From positions 2,890,436-2,954,435 of the forward strand of contig SMSO01000031.1 in assembly GCA_004764695.1 (NCBI GenBank): DNA of 64,000 bases. The letters are read 5' to 3'. How positions within the stretch are numbered: position 1 is the first letter of the stretch; every line of letters begins with the position of its first letter. This DNA comes from Schizochytrium sp. TIO01. Its lineage: Eukaryota > Protista > Bigyra: Labyrinthulomycetes. A program made the position numbers and the translations under genes. The notes beneath the pieces were generated by a model, which ran no database searches, was not told the origin of the DNA, and saw only the letters and a list, made by a program, of their open reading frames with translations. Shown here piece after piece: positions 20,889-30,120 of the stretch.

Positions 20889-22457
20889 TTACTTCTTGCG
20901 GCGCTTGGCCTTGCTTTTGGGTTTTACATCTTCCTCCTCCTCCTCTTCTTCTTCTTCCTCCTCTTCGTCAGCGCCATCGTCCTCGTCAAACGCCTCATCG
21001 TCCTCTTCTTCGACAACGTCTTCTGCATCTTCTGCATCCTCGGCGTCTTCATCAGCAGCAGCCTTAGACTTCTTGCTTCTTGCACGCTTGGCACGGCGTT
21101 CGTCCAACGACTTCTGCGCAGCCGCCTTGGCAAGTGCCGGGTCAACTTCAGCTGGATCAAAGACCTCAAGAGCCTCGATCTTCTTCATGCTTACCTCATC
21201 AGAAGAATCCACAATGGCTAGAGAGTGGGCCATTCCTGCGGCCACTTCCAAAGTCAAAGCTCCGGAAAGAGCGTCGACCTCCTTGCTGACCGTGGATGAC
21301 TTGGGCTGACCTTCTCCGTATCCAAGCTCTCCATAAGTTGGGCTAGGTCCCCATGAAATGAGCTTGCGTTCGGAAGCAAAGACAATTGAGGTGTTTCCAC
21401 AACCCACAGAGCGGCACCTCCATCCCTGAACTTGGTTTTCAACAACCGGTCTCATGGTGGCCTCTCCCGACCTCTTAGTGATTCCAAACATGTAAAGAGA
21501 GTTATACGGCTCTCCGGCAACCACGAAGGTCGATGTGGATCCGCATGTGATCTGGGTGCCACGGATTTTGGGCTGCTGATTTTGCATGAACTTGGGGATG
21601 TTCGGGTCCAAGGGAGGCGGCTCCATGGAGAAGAGCTCCACCGCGGTGGGCTCAAAGTGGTCCTTGTTGTCGCCGTGACCAAGACGGCCGAAGCCGCCAA
21701 AGCCCCAAGTATAGATACGGCCTTGAGTGTCCATAGCACAGGTGTGCTGCGCTCCGCAGGCGACGTCGGTGATGACAACATCTCCATAGGCCCGCTGGAG
21801 AGCCACGATGGGCTCTGGCCGCGTGATGCACTCGTAGGTAAACTTATTCGAGCGCTCAAGCGTCTTACCTTCGGTGCCGTTGCCGAGCACGCCCTTCTCG
21901 GGGTGTCCAAAAGAAAAGATCACGCCGTGGCTGCCTACGATAACAGAAAAGTCGCGACCGCATGCAGCAGCAGTGATCACGGTTGCGAGTTCCACGGTTG
22001 TGAACTTCTTCACCAAATCGACCTTGCGTCCAATACCAAGCTGGCCAGACTTTCCTTGACCGGAGGCAAAGAGGGATCCACGGGCGCTGTACAAAAGCGT
22101 GTGGTTAGGTCCACAAGCGCCACCAATGATGGACTCATTGTTGGGGACGTCCACGATCGTTGGGTTGTAGATGTTTGTCTGGTGCCCAAGACCGAGCTGG
22201 CCGAAGTTGTTCCTACCCCAGGAGTATGCCTGGCCTGAAGCACTCACGGCGATACAGGTTGAGGAGCATGGACCAGAGAGGACCTTGGTAACCTTGACAC
22301 CCATGAGAGGCTTGAGGCGCTGAAAACCCCAAACAATTTGGTTTTCGACACCATCGAAGTTGCTAGTCTTGCTATTCTTACCGACCATGCTCCAGCTCGC
22401 ATAGCCTGCGAAGATCACCTCACCTCCTTTCTTGTCCTCATTCTCCTTCTCCGACAT
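20889..22457 (-). CDS. RCC2: RCC2/TD-60-like RCC1-repeat protein with acidic tail and basic C-terminal NLS
   Basis: RCC2-type N-terminus (GEVIFAGYASWSMVGK), RCC1 repeats (YSWGRNNFGQLGLG, FSFGHPEKGVLGNGTEG, VACGAQHT..D..GRIYTWGFGGFGRLGH), the RCC2-type motif ISWGPSPTYGELGYG..PKSST, then a D/E tract and KPKSKAKRRKK. Confidence 0.85.
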   Translation of the reverse strand: MSEKENEDKKGGEVIFAGYASWSMVGKNSKTSNFDGVENQIVWGFQRLKPLMGVKVTKVLSGPCSSTCIAVSASGQAYSWGRNNFGQLGLGHQTNIYNPTIVDVPNNESIIGGACGPNHTLLYSARGSLFASGQGKSGQLGIGRKVDLVKKFTTVELATVITAAACGRDFSVIVGSHGVIFSFGHPEKGVLGNGTEGKTLERSNKFTYECITRPEPIVALQRAYGDVVITDVACGAQHTCAMDTQGRIYTWGFGGFGRLGHGDNKDHFEPTAVELFSMEPPPLDPNIPKFMQNQQPKIRGTQITCGSTSTFVVAGEPYNSLYMFGITKRSGEATMRPVVENQVQGWRCRSVGCGNTSIVFASERKLISWGPSPTYGELGYGEGQPKSSTVSKEVDALSGALTLEVAAGMAHSLAIVDSSDEVSMKKIEALEVFDPAEVDPALAKAAAQKSLDERRAKRARSKKSKAAADEDAEDAEDAEDVVEEEDDEAFDEDDGADEEEEEEEEEEEEDVKPKSKAKRRKK

Positions 22458-23589
22458 GGTGGCGGTAATTCAGATTGGACTCAACAATAATGAAGATATC
22501 CAACAGAAACACCACCTCTGTCACAATATACACCACGCTCTCAGAAGTTTTGACCGAAAACCTGGTTGCAAATTAATTTTGAAAAGCAAACTCGTTGTTA
22601 GTCCCTACAATTTGTTCGCACTGGCCCAGGCTGGTGAAGATACGTTTCTTGCTTTCCAAGCATTGCAGCCACTGACTTAAACAGCCAGAGACACTATCTC
22701 GACTGCCTGCAGAGGTATATTTGCAAATACACTCCAAAGATATACGCCACTGAAGCAGCTCGTTTGCTACGTTCTTCTTTCTTCGCCTCTCCTTTGGTGC
22801 CTTCTTTCTTCTCCCTTACTTCACTTTCTCGTTAACGGGCCCAACCACGAGCGCAGCAGTTGAAGAAATGACGAGACTGCTCGCCGAGAAAGCCCAGTCA
22901 GCGGCAAAGACCAGCCGCAGAACACAACTCGCAACCAAGCTTGCTATAAGATCACCTCCGGTCGAGAACTGACGCCTTCCAAGCTCCCTATTCAATGCCT
23001 TCTGACTCACCTTGATTTGATTGAACGATTGAACGATTGAATGATTGAATGATTGACTGTTTGAGTGAGTTTGATCGATCTCCATCGCTTACTGTCTGTT
23101 AACCAACTGCTAACCGCCAATTTCTATTAATTTTTTGCCCATTCACTCATTGTTCACGAAGGTGAATATTGCACTTTATGACCCTCTCGACAGATCAGAT
23201 CAAATCAAACCCAACCACTCCATGATTCCTAGGTTTGTTAGATGACGACGGATCAATAATCTTTCCATGCTTATTTGTAAACAACGCAAGGCAGTGCATC
23301 CATCTCCACTCGGTTCGTACCGGCATAATGAAATCATTTACAACGATGGCTGTCAGTATAATAAACCAGTTTGAGAAGAAGTTCCTATGTTTGTCTCTTG
23401 TCTTCTTCTCTTCTCTTCTCTTCTCTCTCCGCAGATACTCAATACCTCTAGCAGTTCACTAAGGTCGGTGACAGTTGGCTGTAGGCCACGCCCGGGAAAG
23501 TGATACGAGTAGCTAAGGCACACATTACAGACTTGTAGTATATGAATTCTGCAGAGAAGCCACGACGACATCTGCCCTTGCCAGTAGGA

Positions 23590-24000
23590 GTCGGTCTAAG
23601 CCATCTAGGCAATGATTAACCGTATTGGTTGAAAAGATTGTATAATATATACATCTGGATATCAGAACATGCGTTTAGTGCAAGTAGATGTGAGGAGCTG
23701 AAATACAAAGTAGGGATTGCTATATAATGAAGTAATACGAGCAGGCTAGGTGAACAGGTTGACATTTTGGAATCTCGCATGTGGCAATATGAACTGATTA
23801 CAAGAAGGTAAAATAAGGGAGCAAGGTGACAGCTCGAGTACCGTCGCAATAACAACTATAAAGCTGACTATAATTGATCATGCATAGGCTATGAATGCAA
23901 CTATACACTGAGAAAACCATTTCAGAACGTGAATTAAAAGTCTGAATGCCTCGTTGAATGGCATACAGGCCTTGCTTTGGTTTCTGTAGATTATCATAGC
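23590..24000 (-). mobile_element. Possible highly decayed Ty1/copia reverse-transcriptase fragment
   Basis: Across a frameshift the minus strand reads KPKQGLYAIQRGIQTFNS...LYSCYCDGTRAVTLLPY / FYLLVISS...LLALN...YILYNLFNQYG*...PTP. This is collinear with copia RT KLKKSLYGLKQ..R.WN...LY......LL.YVDDLLI...LLG.....YI..LL..FG...TP, but the YVDD motif is not intact. Confidence 0.3.
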
Positions 24001-24178
24001 AACAACTTTTGTTCATTGCCTTCCTGGAACTAGCATTTCAAATGTAGAAAGAAAGAGAAATATTTGAGAAACAACATTCGAGATTGAATTAATTGTTTAA
24101 ACAAGCTAGTTGTATTAGTGGGTTGATACATACATGATAAATTCAATCGTGCATACTGACTTTGCACGATTTGGGATC

Positions 24179-24673
24179 TCACTTGAGATCTTTGCAAAAG
24201 GCCTCCCAAAGAACTGCGGAACGCTCGAAGCCTTTGCCAATTTCAACTACGTGCTCCATATTACGATTGAGCTTTCGCATTTCTGAAGTTGCATCGCGCA
24301 AGCCCTGTACCAAAAGAATCAAATACAACTGCTCATTAGTCTTCCGAGTTCTTTCAATGGAAACATTCTCCTGAACCAACAAGCGTGGCTCTATTTTACA
24401 GACTTTTCCAACTGTACGCACCCCCTCGCAAATAGTTTGCCTTGCGCCTCAGACTAAGCATTCCCAGTCTCAATGTATCTCTCGACGAGTCAGAGCCGCG
24501 TTGTTGCATGGCGGTTTTCAAGCTCCTTTCATCCATTCGTTCTGACACTCTCACTCCACTGCCCACGTGCTGCTACTTACTTGCACGATCTCTGTAAGAA
24601 GATGTGCACGTTCTGTCTCAAACGCCTCCACCTCTGCACCTCCCCGTGTCGTGGCCTCTTCTGCGTCCGTCAT
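24179..24673 (-). CDS. DAD1: DASH/Dam1 kinetochore complex subunit Dad1; two exons (24673-24581, 24304-24179), 72 aa
   Basis: Exon 1 reads MTDAEEATTRGGAEVEAFETERAHLLTEIVQ and ends at a GTAAGT donor (24580). A 276-nt intron ends in ...ttcttttggtacAG (24305). Exon 2 reads GLRDATSEMRKLNRNMEHVVEIGKGFERSAVLWEAFCKDLK*. The spliced product fits the Dad1 pattern FE..R..L..EI....E.....L..LNR.LE.V..VG.EF.....LW..F. Confidence 0.85.
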
Positions 24674-24930
24674 GGTCACACAGCGCTGCAATCTGATTCT
24701 GCAAGCACCTATTCGCCTTCTCTTACTACCTCTGAGGTACTCCTATGCCTAAAGTTCCACTGATAGGCTCTATTATAAGTCACTCGTATAAAGAAAGAAA
24801 GTAAAGTAAAAAGTAAAATTAATAAATGTTAGCCTAAGTAAAGATCATGGAGAAGCGAAATTTAGAAGAGTAAAACGCCAACGCGGCAGAATACAATTCA
24901 ATCTTGGGATTGGTCTTCTCTCTCGTAGCT
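24674..24930. promoter_or_regulatory. Short divergent (likely bidirectional) promoter region between Dad1 and the Tubby-domain gene
   Basis: Only 257 bp separate the two head-to-head ATGs. TATA-like words lie at 24771 (TATTATAA) and 24787 (TATAAA), followed by an A-rich tract. Confidence 0.45.
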
Positions 24931-27252
24931 ATGGAGCAAGAGGGCCTTCTGGGCAGCGACGATGAGCGTGGTCTGCTCTCTTCGCCGACGTCTGGTGCAT
25001 CGCCACGCGACCCTCTCGCCGGGAGGACTACTCTTGGGGGCGAATATGGCGCGGGTCTGAGCAGCTCTGCGGCGGATACGGGCTCTTTTGCGGAGAAAAG
25101 AGATTCTTCGAAGACCTTGAAAAAGTCTAAGTCAGCACGCAAATCTTCGAGACGAAACTCGAGTTCGAGTATGAATGTCAAGAAATTTGAGGATGAAGAT
25201 ATTGATGAAGATGCGACTCACTCAAAACATTTATCTGTCCAGGACTACGATGAGAGTGGACTTTTGCAGGACGTCGACGGCGACGTTGAAATTAGGCAGC
25301 CTGTTGTCACGCTTGGAGGTGAGTACGAGGCAGGATCGAAGCACATGTATGAGAGCGCACGATCTTTGCTTAGCAGATCAAGCAGCAATGGTTTCGGAAA
25401 TGACAATGATCAAGAAAGTAGTAGCAGTAGCAGCAGCAGCAGCAGCAGCGACAGCGACAGCAGCAGCGACAGCGACAGTGATGGTGAAGGTAGCAGCAGT
25501 AGAAACAGCAGCAGCAGTAGCAGCAGCAGCAGCAGTAGTAGTAGTAGTGATAACGAAAAAGAGGATGGCGCCAAAAAACGTATTGCTCGGAAGAAGACTG
25601 CAAAGGCTACAGATAAGGCGGGTACGCTTATAGACACTAGCAGTTCCAGTGGCGAGAATGGAGTCCAGCCATCAGCATCAGCTGACACTCACCAAATCGC
25701 AGAAGAGGACGAGGCCGCTGGTGAAGAGGCTAATCTAATCCCTACGGAGATTTACTGTATTAAATGTGGTACTCTGTGCCCGGTCGGTAGTGGCCATTGT
25801 TCTCAATGTGGGGAGGCTCTGGTGAATCCAGAGCAGTACCTTGTCGATGACGATGAAGATGATTTACAACGCAGCAGGTTGGGCTCATTTGATCCATTTA
25901 CAAACGTCAAGTCATTTCATCAGCTTCAGTCACCTTCCCCATCCCCATCAAGTCCATTGCCGCCAGGAAGTGCGCCCATGGCAAAGCCATTTCCCAAAAC
26001 CTTCGCTCCACTTCCTCCTCCGCCTGAAGAAGTTTATGAGGTGAGGTTCTTGCAAGGCGACTCTGGGTTGAGTTTTGATGAGGACTGGCTAGGCAAATCT
26101 GTTGTAGTAGATGACCTTCCGAAACCCGAGTTCCTTGATGGTGGCCCTCGTAGTGCTGGAGGTGAGGATGGTGTACGTCCATGGTCAAATGAAATTCACG
26201 TTGGCGACTATCTTGTTGCTATCAATGGCGAAACTACAGCTGGTCTTTGCTTTGAGCGAATTGAAGAAATGCTAAAGGAGGCTCAAGCTGCAGACGGTGG
26301 TTACCGGATCCGCTTCCGTACGGCTGTACGTATTGAAGATGCTTTCGGTCTAGAGGATCAAGACGCTACAGAAGCTCGCAGTATTATCTACAAGCAAAAG
26401 AGCAAGGTCTATGAGCCTCCAGAACACATGGACATGGTGTATGGCTATATCTTGCGCTATCGTAGTGAAAAAATTATTTCGCTTCACTTCTTCCGGGAGT
26501 CTGACAATAAATTCATTCTAGGTGCGATTTTACCACGAGATGGAAAGGGCCGCGTGATTTTTCACAATTCGCAAGATCTTAAGTCTGAAGCTGATATGCG
26601 TGATGTCGTAATGCACCCCGAATCATCCAAATACCTTGGGTGCATGGTGCAAAACTTCTCCGGTACAACTTTCAACGTCTATGATTATCGTGTAGCTAAC
26701 CCAACATCCACACGCAAAACACGTCATTACGAGTTAGGGTATCTTGTATACGATTATAATGTAATGGGTAGAGTGCCTAATAGCGTCAAGGCAGTCCTCC
26801 CGCGTTGGGACCCAGAGCTGGGTCTGCGTGGCCAGGCGAGGTCTCTGGCAGATCGATACAAAGGGTCTGTTAAAACCCGTTTATCTCAGGATTTGAACTT
26901 GATGCAAAAGCTCAAGGCCAAAAAAGGCGATGAATATCGCGCGGTTGAATCAGAAGATCTTCAGGAACTATTGGAATTTGAAACAGTCAAGCCCCAGTGG
27001 AACGAAGAACTTCAAGCATGGACTCTAAACTTCAACTCTCGCGTTAAGATGCCCTCCAAAAAGAACTTCATGCTTATTCCACAGGCACAAAATGAGACTA
27101 TGGAAGAGGAATTCGGCGCGGATACTGTATGCTTTCGCTGTGGTAAGGTTCTCAAAGATCGTTTCGCTCTTGACTACCGTCATCCTATTTCTCCGTTCCA
27201 AGCCATGGCGATCGCAGTTTCTACATTTACATCCAAACGCCTCGTAACCTAG
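24931..27252 (+). CDS. Tubby-like protein with Ser-rich N-terminus, zinc ribbon, PDZ-like domain and C-terminal Tubby domain
   Basis: Tubby C-terminal motifs NFSGTTFNVYD, ELGYLVYDYNVMG, KPQWNEELQAWTLNFNSRVKMPSKKNFML, GKVLKDRFALDYRHPISPFQAMAIAVSTFTSK. Zinc ribbon CIKCG...CSQCG. PDZ-like segment YEVRF..GDSGLSF...IHVGDYLVAINGE...IEEMLK...IRFR. First ATG is at 24931. Confidence 0.9.
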   Translation: MEQEGLLGSDDERGLLSSPTSGASPRDPLAGRTTLGGEYGAGLSSSAADTGSFAEKRDSSKTLKKSKSARKSSRRNSSSSMNVKKFEDEDIDEDATHSKHLSVQDYDESGLLQDVDGDVEIRQPVVTLGGEYEAGSKHMYESARSLLSRSSSNGFGNDNDQESSSSSSSSSSSDSDSSSDSDSDGEGSSSRNSSSSSSSSSSSSSSDNEKEDGAKKRIARKKTAKATDKAGTLIDTSSSSGENGVQPSASADTHQIAEEDEAAGEEANLIPTEIYCIKCGTLCPVGSGHCSQCGEALVNPEQYLVDDDEDDLQRSRLGSFDPFTNVKSFHQLQSPSPSPSSPLPPGSAPMAKPFPKTFAPLPPPPEEVYEVRFLQGDSGLSFDEDWLGKSVVVDDLPKPEFLDGGPRSAGGEDGVRPWSNEIHVGDYLVAINGETTAGLCFERIEEMLKEAQAADGGYRIRFRTAVRIEDAFGLEDQDATEARSIIYKQKSKVYEPPEHMDMVYGYILRYRSEKIISLHFFRESDNKFILGAILPRDGKGRVIFHNSQDLKSEADMRDVVMHPESSKYLGCMVQNFSGTTFNVYDYRVANPTSTRKTRHYELGYLVYDYNVMGRVPNSVKAVLPRWDPELGLRGQARSLADRYKGSVKTRLSQDLNLMQKLKAKKGDEYRAVESEDLQELLEFETVKPQWNEELQAWTLNFNSRVKMPSKKNFMLIPQAQNETMEEEFGADTVCFRCGKVLKDRFALDYRHPISPFQAMAIAVSTFTSKRLVT
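25417..25548 (+). repeat. Coding (AGC/AGT)n trinucleotide tracts encoding poly-Ser/Ser-Asp
   Basis: Directly visible AGCAGC.../AGCGAC... runs within the Tubby ORF. Confidence 0.9.
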
Positions 27253-30120
27253 TTCTATTAGATCTCCATTCGACTTATATTAGATAAAAGAAAAAAGAAT
27301 TTCATTTGTCGTGTATCCTACGTATTTGGCCAACTCTTCAAGGACGAAGTTTCTCACTCCACTAAAGTTGGCGAACAGCTCGCTTTGCGAGTTAGGCCAA
27401 TTCTGTAATCAGAGCCTGTTCTGAGCAGCTAGAGTCTCTCTATTTACTCGTCAGCTCTATATCTGTCCTAGGATCTCATTTTACGCCCAAGTAGCCCCTT
27501 TCCTCTTTCTTTGGTTACCCTTCATTCTGGAGGAAGGCCAGAAAATGGAATAAATAGTCGTACTCAAATTATCTCAGACTAGTCAGAGTGAATATCTGAT
27601 CACGCGAACTAGAATACACCATTATCTCTCGTATTGTTTTACTTGGATTGTACAGTTTTTGAAGGCTACTGAAGGTTAAATGGTAGCGAGACAATAGACA
27701 AGGAAACTCATGTGAACTGAGACTTGTGATGACACTCTTCAACCAGATAAGCAGGAGCAAATTACTTGAATGGACTCTTTGAAGAAGTCTCTCATCACCG
27801 AAAGATATATTTTGGGGGTGCTTTTTGATGCCGCTTTTAAAAGGATAAAAAGTATGTATGATACTTGTATAGAAAGGTTGAGGTGAGCCAAAATATTGCC
27901 GAGAGTGGGAGTACTTTTCTTCCCTGTCAAATGTTATAAATCAGTCTGGCCTTTCAAAACTTACTCCCTGTGATAAGACTAGCAACTAGTTTTCTATAGG
28001 AAATCGTATACCAATGCAGTGAAGACTTTATCAGTGTTTAAAAGCTCGCGCAGATCTCATAAGACTCTGTCAATGAAACCCATGCAGGGTCTTCTACGTT
28101 TGAAATATGGAATATTGAACCCCCTCCAAGGGAATAGCAATAAGGTTCAATTATACAGATGATGTAGCTAGGAAAATTTCATCTATGCAACTCTTGCAAC
28201 CAGACATCTTCAAGTACTAGACACCTATATAAAAGGACGATATTTTTTCAGGCTACCTCGTATTTGATAGCCAGCCGTATATGATTAAAAATTATTCTTG
28301 CAAGAAGCTCTCAACGCTGAAAAAGTTCTAGTGATTGACCTAAGATGAATATGGTTCATCGTGCCCTGACTTGTGTTCTGCAGAGCCAAAAATAAAATAG
28401 AGACAGGCTGCCACAATGGTTGTTGCGAGGTGGGAGCGGTCTGATAGTCACACCATTTGTGGCAAGGTTATTATGCTTGTTTCCATCAATTCTAGTGTCT
28501 TCTTTGTTTTATTCGTCTCTAAACCTCTCTTCCATAGCAATTGCCTTATTGCTTAATTGCCCAATCCTTCTCGCCTCAACAGACATTTTGTAGTTCTTTT
28601 GAAAGAATCAAATGTACAGAAGCAAATAGCTGCAACCTGGTATCATGATCATATGCGGCTCCGCCTCTTGCTCTGCCGCGGAAGTTAGGCTTTCATGGTG
28701 CGTCGGCGGCAATGAGTCCAGCGCATCCGCTGGTAGTAACACCTACACAGGTCGCTACTGATGGATGTCCTTTCTACCTTCAACAACATCGGCGTAACGG
28801 TTCTCCGACTGCTTGGCCTTGGCTCATGCTAAGTCAGATGCTTTAAAAATCCATTCTCGATCAATTAGTTTTGACTTGCTCGGATGAAGACAGGCGCTGT
28901 GAAATGTTCGAGCGTCAATCTTGGATCACTAATTTTGTTTTCGATAAAGAAGCCTTCCATGGCAGCGCTGGTCTTCAAGTCAAGCCAAAATCCAAGTTTT
29001 GCTATGATCCTCTGAGTGACTATTTTTTTAGCTCTTTTTGTTACATGCCAATTGCACAGCTACCACTAATACTAATACTACTACTAATACTACTACTACT
29101 ACTACCTACCTATCCACGTAGCCATATCAATTTTTAAGGAGATAGCTTCGACAAGACGTCAGTTATTTGCAGGATCATTAAATTCTTTAACAAAAGCTCC
29201 ACCAAGCTTCTGCTTTAGTGACGAAAGTTGCTTCTTCGATTCATTTTGGCCATCGATCTTTTCTCGTCGATCATGGCCATAGTAGCGCTCCGGAGCAATT
29301 TGAAGCGAGGCTAAAAAACCACAAAACCAAGTAAGCAAGTACAACATGAGAACCGGGCTCGAGCCGGGCCAGATAAACCAGGGTTGCGGCAGTCTCGCCG
29401 GATGTATTGCCCACCACCGTGATTACTCACTCTTCGAGTCAGCCTTAGCACATCAGTCAGGCTCGGAAAGGCAAAAAACTAACAACTCTTCAGCCCAAAC
29501 CGCAATTTGAGAAATACAAAACTCCAGCTTTCCACATTCCGATGGATTTGCAAACAAAGAAACTTTCGGATCACTAGTCCATTCGTACTTCGGGTGGGGT
29601 TTCAAAGCTATTCCTTGTGCAGACAAGCAACTGCCGAGTATTAAAAGGAGTGTAAGAAAAGGCCAAGAGCGCTTGAAAGACCGCGCTGTCCCCTGAGACC
29701 AGTAAGGAGTGTCCCTTGCACCACAACAAATTGCGCGGAAAGACATCCATACATAGCAGGACATACAAATCCGAAAGGCCCTCTCAAACTAGAAAGCTTT
29801 CTGCGACTCGAATTCGATTCCGCTAACACTTGTGGAGCGTGGAGAGGTGTACACAGACTCGCCTCAGGGGTGGGTGGTCACAGAAGGAGCCTCGGCAGCA
29901 GAGCCCGAATGGTATGAACGCCACGCGCCCGAATTAGCACTCGACTGGACCCCTCTCCGTCTCCTAAGGGGAGAAGAAATAAGTCGAGGGAAGAGTCCGC
30001 CAACATTGGAGCATCTGTGTAGTCAAATTGTGAGAGACTTGAGATAAAGCTTCTTCGAAGAAGAATCTGGTCCATATAGATTTGAGTCAAAAGCGGGAAT
30101 AAGGCAAGCCTTAACATACA

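Noticed and set aside
20793-22238. Plus-strand ORFs of 142, 157 and 268 aa
   Set aside because: They are antisense to RCC2, and their poly-Ser/Leu/Phe stretches are the complement of its Glu/Asp tail.
24179-24421. 80-aa single-exon model from the ORF track
   Set aside because: Its N-terminal half lies in the intron; the spliced two-exon model restores the Dad1 N-terminal motif.
28600-29000. GC-richer patch with partial minus-strand reading frames
   Set aside because: It has multiple stops and no recognisable motif, so I cannot support even a pseudogene call.
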